Origin: an uncultured Christensenella sp.
Lineage (GTDB): Bacteria; Bacillota; Clostridia; Christensenellales; CAG-917
Direction of reading: 5' to 3'
Assembly: GCA_910584155.1 (NCBI GenBank)
Contig: CAJTYG010000001.1
Span: 29,663-93,662 of the forward strand
DNA: 64,000 bases
Made by a program: the position numbers and the translations under genes. Shown one piece after another: positions 58,461-64,000 of the stretch. Below the pieces are notes generated by a model, which made no database searches, was not told the DNA's origin, and saw only the letters and a list, made by a program, of their open reading frames with translations. How positions within the stretch are numbered: position 1 is the stretch's first letter; every line of letters begins with the position of its first letter.

Positions 58461-60185
58461 TTATATTGGCACATTGTTTTGCAAATTTATTATTTTATTT
58501 TCAAATTGTTCTATAAGATTTAAAATATTAATATTTTTAATTTTAGTTTTTCTATTAATCTTTGCTTCTAGACTTAAATATGTTTTTTCGAATCTATCAC
58601 GCAACGAGTGCTTATGATAGAGAGGAAAAATTTCTTTGGTTCTTTTACAAATTGCAATAGCATCCAATTTGAAATATGGTAGGATTTCTTTTATTAGATT
58701 ATTGTCATAGCTACAGAATAGAGGCACCAACAAATCACTTGTTTCATCGTTAAATGAAAAGTTAATTATCAACATCTTTAAATGGAATATATCCCATGCC
58801 ATATTCTTAATAATAGAAAGTATATTCTTTGTGTTGAATTGAATGCCATTGAAGAATTTTAGTGCGCTAGGATTCTTGTAGAAGTCATAGGCTAGTTCTA
58901 GTTCGGCAATTGGAAAATTGCATATTTCATTGTCAAAAATTTCGCATAATAAATTAAGTTTGCTTTCAAGCGATTTCTTAGAATGCTTTAAATGTATATA
59001 GCATATTACCAAAATATTAAGATATACTGAGTCATATATGTTTTTAAAAATTATAAGGGCACTTTCTTTTAATTGGAGATATAAATCTCTGGCTTTTTCA
59101 AAGCATTCATTATCTGTTAGACCTTGACGACTATAGAAGTATTTTTCCATATAAAAAATCGTATCACAAATTTTTGCTTCGTTTGGAGAGGTGGACAATA
59201 GGTTTTCTAAAATATAAGGTTGGTAATCAAAACTAATATTCCCATGGTTCATGATTGATAGACAGGCGTTAATTGTTTGTAGTACGGAGGTGGGTAAATG
59301 GGATGTATTACCTTGTAAATAACTGCGTATATATGAGGCAACATTAGTATCGAACGAGACAGATTGTTGGCGCAATACCAAATTCTTACTTCTGGTTAGA
59401 ATATCGATATTGATAAAATTAACGCAATCATTATAAAAAGGAGTGTGCAAAACATTTTTAATATCTTTTATTCCAGTAAAAACATTATAAAGGTTAATAG
59501 GTATAACATCAGCATTGTCATAATTGGATTTAATTATAACAAGTTCCGAAAACGACACGTCATTTAAATATGTATTAGCTAGATCTTTGATTGGCATTTT
59601 GCACAAATCGTAGATTTTTTGTTCAAAAGGTGTATATCTATAAATTTGGGGTGCTTGAATAGCTCTTAAATATGCAGATTCAACTTCATTATATTCTTTA
59701 CTATTATCTTGATTGGTTATTTTATTTAATAGAGTTAATGCTAGTTTATAAGCATGAAAGAGATTTGCTATTATTAATTTAGTAATTTCTATTTGATCAT
59801 TCAGTGTTTGCGTGGCTGTATTGATTAATTCGGTATAAGACTTTGTCCTCCATTCTCTTTTGTCTTTAACTCCGTTGATTACTAATTCCGCAAATTCATC
59901 TTCTGTTAGATTGTGTTGTTGAGCTTTTATTAATAGTTGTTTTATTCTGTCTATTAAACTTGATAGCTTAAAAATATTATGATATGCGGTTTTTTGCCCA
60001 GCTTCTAATTCAGAAATATATTTATTGGTGGTTTCTTTGGAGAATGAGGCATATCCCGATACAAAGACATCATAGGGAATGCCATATATTTCTGCTTGTA
60101 TTCTATATATGTTGTCAATGGCATTATAATCGTATATTATTTCATTATTTATATGGGTAGAATGATTTTTATTTCTGGTTTTCAT
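58461..60185 (-). CDS. Hypothetical 574-aa protein, no recognisable motif, predicted all-alpha, soluble
   Basis: Long uninterrupted ORF in a very AT-rich island. Lies 124 nt downstream of, and co-oriented with, the NucC-like gene. Confidence 0.6.
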   Translation of the reverse strand: MKTRNKNHSTHINNEIIYDYNAIDNIYRIQAEIYGIPYDVFVSGYASFSKETTNKYISELEAGQKTAYHNIFKLSSLIDRIKQLLIKAQQHNLTEDEFAELVINGVKDKREWRTKSYTELINTATQTLNDQIEITKLIIANLFHAYKLALTLLNKITNQDNSKEYNEVESAYLRAIQAPQIYRYTPFEQKIYDLCKMPIKDLANTYLNDVSFSELVIIKSNYDNADVIPINLYNVFTGIKDIKNVLHTPFYNDCVNFINIDILTRSKNLVLRQQSVSFDTNVASYIRSYLQGNTSHLPTSVLQTINACLSIMNHGNISFDYQPYILENLLSTSPNEAKICDTIFYMEKYFYSRQGLTDNECFEKARDLYLQLKESALIIFKNIYDSVYLNILVICYIHLKHSKKSLESKLNLLCEIFDNEICNFPIAELELAYDFYKNPSALKFFNGIQFNTKNILSIIKNMAWDIFHLKMLIINFSFNDETSDLLVPLFCSYDNNLIKEILPYFKLDAIAICKRTKEIFPLYHKHSLRDRFEKTYLSLEAKINRKTKIKNINILNLIEQFENKIINLQNNVPI

Positions 60186-60309
60186 AATTTCTAGTATCTT
60201 TAATTTTTTACTGTTGATATGTCTGGTCTATTAAGCCCATTAAGTCAGTTTCAAGTGTCGGCATAATGTAATTATTACGGAATGGCTGAAAACTAAAAAA
60301 ATCTTCAAA

Positions 60310-61095
60310 TTAAAGTATTTTAGGGTCAATACCTTTTATGCCATATTTATCGTATTCTATTGCTGGGACATTACCTAAGTCCTGCAACATTCTTAACAAC
60401 TTAAAATATGTAAAAATTAAAGGACTATTTTCACTGTCTGTTACAATTTCGAAATCTGGAACATATATATTAACTCCATGAAATTGTGAAATTTGTGCGC
60501 TGTGTTTTAAAGCACAAGCAAATATTGAGAGGCAGCAAATAAAATCAATTTCTTCATTATTTTCTTTAGTGATTTCATTTATTGTATTTATTATATTTTG
60601 CTGAATATTTTCATTAACCCATGAACTTTTTAAGGTTAATAATCCGCCAACTATTGTTGGTGCGGTTCTTCCTTCTATATAACCACTTATTGTATTTATA
60701 GGCGCAGAAGTTCTAATAAGAGATTTAACGCTTTTTATTTTATTTTTTGTATAAACTAGATGTTCTTTTGTAAGTTCTTGTTTTACTTCAAAAACAGCGT
60801 AAACACTCTCTGCTGGAATATATTTTGAACTATTATTCTCAAATATTGTTGGAGAAAAATGCGTGTCATATATAACTATGTCCATTTGTTCACTGCAATT
60901 ACCTAAATGATCTATAACAAAGGCCTTTTCCGCATGATATCTTTTGGGGAAGTTATTATTGAACCAATTTCTCCATTCCTCCTCTGTTGCATCTCCTTTT
61001 GTAACTGGATGCTCAAATCCAGCGTTTAATCCAAAACTAGCCAGCATTTGGTTTTGTTTTAATTCAAATAATTGTTTTATGTTTATTTTTGTCAT
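60310..61095 (-). CDS. nucC: PD-(D/E)xK nuclease, NucC-like candidate CBASS effector
   Basis: ...HPVTKGDATEEEWRNWFNNNFPKRYHAEKAFVIDHLGNCSEQMDIVIYD-x25-IPAESVYAVFEVKQ is a D...E-x-K restriction-endonuclease core. With the ATG at 61095 (GGTGGA RBS), the Glu/Lys fall at residues 103/105 and the Asp at 72. That is essentially the positions I recall for E. coli NucC (D73/E103/K105). Confidence 0.55.
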   Translation of the reverse strand: MTKINIKQLFELKQNQMLASFGLNAGFEHPVTKGDATEEEWRNWFNNNFPKRYHAEKAFVIDHLGNCSEQMDIVIYDTHFSPTIFENNSSKYIPAESVYAVFEVKQELTKEHLVYTKNKIKSVKSLIRTSAPINTISGYIEGRTAPTIVGGLLTLKSSWVNENIQQNIINTINEITKENNEEIDFICCLSIFACALKHSAQISQFHGVNIYVPDFEIVTDSENSPLIFTYFKLLRMLQDLGNVPAIEYDKYGIKGIDPKIL

Positions 61096-61455
61096 CAATA
61101 TCCACCAAACCATTTTACTTAGGGCATTAGTATAACATGTAACTATCAACTTTGTATGAAAATTTAATAAAAAATTGATAGGGAGGTATCATAAGTTTGT
61201 TTATGCGCTTAATTGTGCGGCTGTCAATGTCTTGCATATTATCTTACGTATATTCTTACTCATAATTAATTGCGTGTCCTGTTCTTTTTGTGAATGTAGT
61301 CTACCACGAATATTTAACTCGAATACTTGATTTATTGTATTCCAGATATCGTTAAGATTTTAACGATTACTTGTTTCATATGATTATTAAAAAAGAATAA
61401 TAGGGGTTAAAGTTTCTTAAAATGTGCACAATAAATTTTTAAATATATCAGTTTG

Positions 61456-61935
61456 TCATTCTAATTCTTCGAGTTTTATTACAGTGTTATTTAACGCCAA
61501 ATAGACATTGAACTTATAATTATTCTTTTCATTACTAGCGATTATCATAATAGGCTCAGGACACTTATAATCTTTTTGTTTAGAAATAGATAACAGTTGG
61601 TTAATATCAGTAGAGCTCGCTGTGGGAGTTGCATAAGGATGCAAGTGCCATTCGCCCAAATAATATTCATTTTTTTCCCATAGTTCTCTTAATTTGGCCG
61701 TCAAACCTGAAACACCACGAACAAATGAGAATCTTTTTATAATAGAATCGGTAGGGGGTAGATGAAAAGTTTTAATAGTTGCTATTGAATTATTATTTTC
61801 ATAGGTGCCGGTTAAAATTCCACCTATTTCATTTGACGAAACAGATAGAGTGTCATTGAGTATTTTTATAATAGTATCGGTCTCAAATTTTACACATAAA
61901 TCTTTATATTTAAAAATCTTATTCTGACCACTCAT
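61456..61935 (-). CDS. cap3: JAB/JAMM metalloprotease, Cap3-like
   Basis: NEIGGIL (catalytic Glu) and EWHLHPYATPTASSTD (HxH-x7-S-x2-D JAMM motif). 159 aa, with a 17-nt overlap with the upstream E2/E1 gene. Confidence 0.8.
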   Translation of the reverse strand: MSGQNKIFKYKDLCVKFETDTIIKILNDTLSVSSNEIGGILTGTYENNNSIATIKTFHLPPTDSIIKRFSFVRGVSGLTAKLRELWEKNEYYLGEWHLHPYATPTASSTDINQLLSISKQKDYKCPEPIMIIASNEKNNYKFNVYLALNNTVIKLEELE

Positions 61936-63676
61936 CTACTACCTCTATTTTATATTTATTTAATTTCCAGTGAATGCAAGAATTTGTAAATGTTTCTTGT
62001 TCTTTTTGTTCAATTGCCTTTACTAGAATACTTGACCAAATATTGATATCATCAAATCTAGCAGGGAATACAGGATGATAACAGCCAACGCCTTGCATAA
62101 CTAAATCTTGTTCAGTCAATTCTAAGTCATCAATAATTTTTTTATAGATAGGCACAATTCTATTTTGATATTCATCTGTGTTGAATAGCTTGCCCTTATT
62201 AAAATAGACAATAAAGTCTGTAGCCCCATATCCGACAGCGGCTATTACAAATAATTTATCGTCTTTAAATTCATAAGTTTTAAGCAGTTTGATTACTTCT
62301 GGATTTGCGGAGCAATCTATAATTATGTTGGCTGACTTTAACTTGCTGATATTGGATGATTGTAAGTCGCCGTTAGAAGAAACCGTTAAATTGGGATTGT
62401 TCTTCGTAATTTTATCTTTTATCGCTACAACCTTATATTTCCCATTGTCATCTAAGTTTAGAATATGGCGAGCTATATTAAAATATGTAAAATGATCAGA
62501 ATCATATAAGGCGATTTCGTCAAATCCCAATCTTGAAAGATTCTCTGCCAAAAGAGATCCTATAGCGCCTAGACCAATTATAGCGATATTTTTTTGAGCA
62601 ATGCTTGAGTCCATTTTCCCTCTTGAAAGTAAATATTCATTATCTATATTCTCTGAAAAGCAATATTTAATTTTGCCTTTGAATAGATTTAAATAGTACT
62701 TTAATTTGCTGTGAGTAGAATTTCGAAAACCGTTTTGGGGATAATTAAATGCTGGAAGTTCTATAAACAGCCAGCTCATAGTGCGATTCGGGCCGTTGAT
62801 TTTAGCAGGAATAGGGAAAGTCAAACATAAAATCTTGCCCGCTGCAATCATATTGCTTTTGATAAATAGCTTTGTTAATGTGCCTAATAAGTCTATTTCT
62901 TGGTCTTGACAAATTTTTATTAAAGATTCCCATTTGACTGGAAAACTCCACGGTAATTCCAGTGGTAGTTTTTTTAATTTTATCCAAACGGAATGTTTGC
63001 TTAAAATTCTAGCACTTTCAATATAATTCCCCCAAAAGACTCGGCCTCTACTTTCATCATAATCGATATTATATATTTCTTTGAGTACAAGATAGTTTGC
63101 TTCTCCAAATGTTTTTTCAGCTAATTGAGCATAACCGAAAGTGTATGGGAAAGCAACCCAATTATCCAAGCTGTTTTCTTTATATAAACACTTAAAATCA
63201 GATAGAGCATAATCAGTCAAAGGTATCTCAAAAGGATCATTATTTTTTACCAATTCATTTTTTGATGCTTTAGTTATCCATTCAATAGCTCTATCTAAAT
63301 ACCATTTGAATATATCTATATAATCTTTTGGTAAGTAGTCAAATGATTGATTGTCAAGAACATGTAATGTACGGTCTAAGCATAATTTTCCTTGATAATA
63401 TGGAGCAGCTGGTTCATCATCACGATTTAAAGATTGATGTTGAAAAGTAACTTTTATCCCACCATCTTTTGCGGGATAAAAGTCTATCTGCTTTTCATGA
63501 AAAATAATCACCCAATGAGTTACTAAAGGAATAAAAGCATTATTTGATTCGTTTAATGTAATACTTATTTTCATCAAATAGTCATCCTTAAATTTGTATA
63601 CATCTTCAAGAATTTCTACATTATTATAAGTATCAATTATGCTTCTTGCCTCTCTAATCTGTTGTTCGCTTATCAT
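61919..63676 (-). CDS. cap2: E2-like + E1 (ThiF/MoeB-like) fusion protein, Cap2-like
   Basis: The N-terminal TFQHQS...YYQGKLCLD is an E2-like H-x-[NQ]...Cys segment. The C-terminal IAIIGLGAIGSLLAENLSRLGFDEIALYDSD is the ThiF Rossmann GxGxxG, followed by GVGCYHPVF (candidate E1 Cys). 585 aa, ATGA overlap with the upstream gene. Confidence 0.8.
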   Translation of the reverse strand: MISEQQIREARSIIDTYNNVEILEDVYKFKDDYLMKISITLNESNNAFIPLVTHWVIIFHEKQIDFYPAKDGGIKVTFQHQSLNRDDEPAAPYYQGKLCLDRTLHVLDNQSFDYLPKDYIDIFKWYLDRAIEWITKASKNELVKNNDPFEIPLTDYALSDFKCLYKENSLDNWVAFPYTFGYAQLAEKTFGEANYLVLKEIYNIDYDESRGRVFWGNYIESARILSKHSVWIKLKKLPLELPWSFPVKWESLIKICQDQEIDLLGTLTKLFIKSNMIAAGKILCLTFPIPAKINGPNRTMSWLFIELPAFNYPQNGFRNSTHSKLKYYLNLFKGKIKYCFSENIDNEYLLSRGKMDSSIAQKNIAIIGLGAIGSLLAENLSRLGFDEIALYDSDHFTYFNIARHILNLDDNGKYKVVAIKDKITKNNPNLTVSSNGDLQSSNISKLKSANIIIDCSANPEVIKLLKTYEFKDDKLFVIAAVGYGATDFIVYFNKGKLFNTDEYQNRIVPIYKKIIDDLELTEQDLVMQGVGCYHPVFPARFDDINIWSSILVKAIEQKEQETFTNSCIHWKLNKYKIEVVDEWSE

Positions 63677-64000
63677 GCAAATCTGCCTTCTGAGTTTATT
63701 ATTGAAGGACCTTTTCTATCTGTAAAAGATGAAGTTGGGGTTCTATATACAGGGAACTCATTTCCAAAAATTTTTTGCCACAATTTAGAACTCTCAGTTT
63801 TGTCTTGTTCATAATAAGCTTGTGAAGCTATCTTTGCCGCATTTCTAACTTGAGTTATAAATTGTTCATAATCTTCTTGTGTTACTCTAGCAAAAACATC
63901 ATGTTCGGGAACGCCAATATCGGGTAATTTAGGTTTTATAATGGATACTTTTGATATTGCATTAAAAGCTTCATAAATAGCTTCTTCCAATGTCAAATAG
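63673..64000 (-). CDS. C-terminal part of a probable CD-NTase (SMODS-type nucleotidyltransferase); gene runs off the right edge
   Basis: The reading frame is open to the window edge. The helical C-terminus ...QAYYEQDKTESSKLWQKIFGNEFP is followed by a disordered tail ending ...SEGRFA. Its position directly upstream of cap2-cap3 is the usual CD-NTase position. The catalytic domain is not visible in this window. Confidence 0.45.
   Translation of the reverse strand, partial: YLTLEEAIYEAFNAISKVSIIKPKLPDIGVPEHDVFARVTQEDYEQFITQVRNAAKIASQAYYEQDKTESSKLWQKIFGNEFPVYRTPTSSFTDRKGPSIINSEGRFA

Overview
Origin-proximal chromosome segment of a spore-forming Firmicute, Clostridia-like (GerA germinant-receptor operon, yyaC, lipoprotein-type YidC). 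Nearly the whole classic ori-linked gene set is present: ychF, gyrB-gyrA, rsmG, parA-parB, recF, dnaA, dnaN, yyaC and rpmH-rnpA-yidD-yidC-jag-mnmE-mnmG. The order and orientation are non-canonical: dnaA and dnaN are convergent, recF is divergent from dnaA, and rsmG-parAB are about 37 kb from mnmG. The blocks are separated by housekeeping or accessory genes and by visibly AT-rich islands. Main findings: (1) a 2.2-kb gene-free AT-rich region upstream of gyrB holds four parS sites, three of them perfect, plus iteron-like repeats. (2) An AT-rich island directly after mnmG carries a type II CBASS-like operon: CD-NTase C-terminus running off the window, Cap2-like E2/E1 fusion, Cap3-like JAB protease and a NucC-like PD-(D/E)xK nuclease. 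It is followed by an unrecognisable 574-aa protein and a gene split by one in-frame stop. (3) Two separate AT-rich insertions encode atypical TIR-domain proteins. (4) There is a three-member family of small Cys-rich proteins: two are overlapping and divergent from an XRE regulator with palindromic operators, and the third sits next to a MITE-like repeat. (5) There are dispersed or tandem noncoding repeat families, and a possible sRNA convergent with tRNA-Asn. No rRNA genes, CRISPR arrays, integrases or transposases were seen. All protein calls rest on motif recognition in the translations, and no database search was possible.
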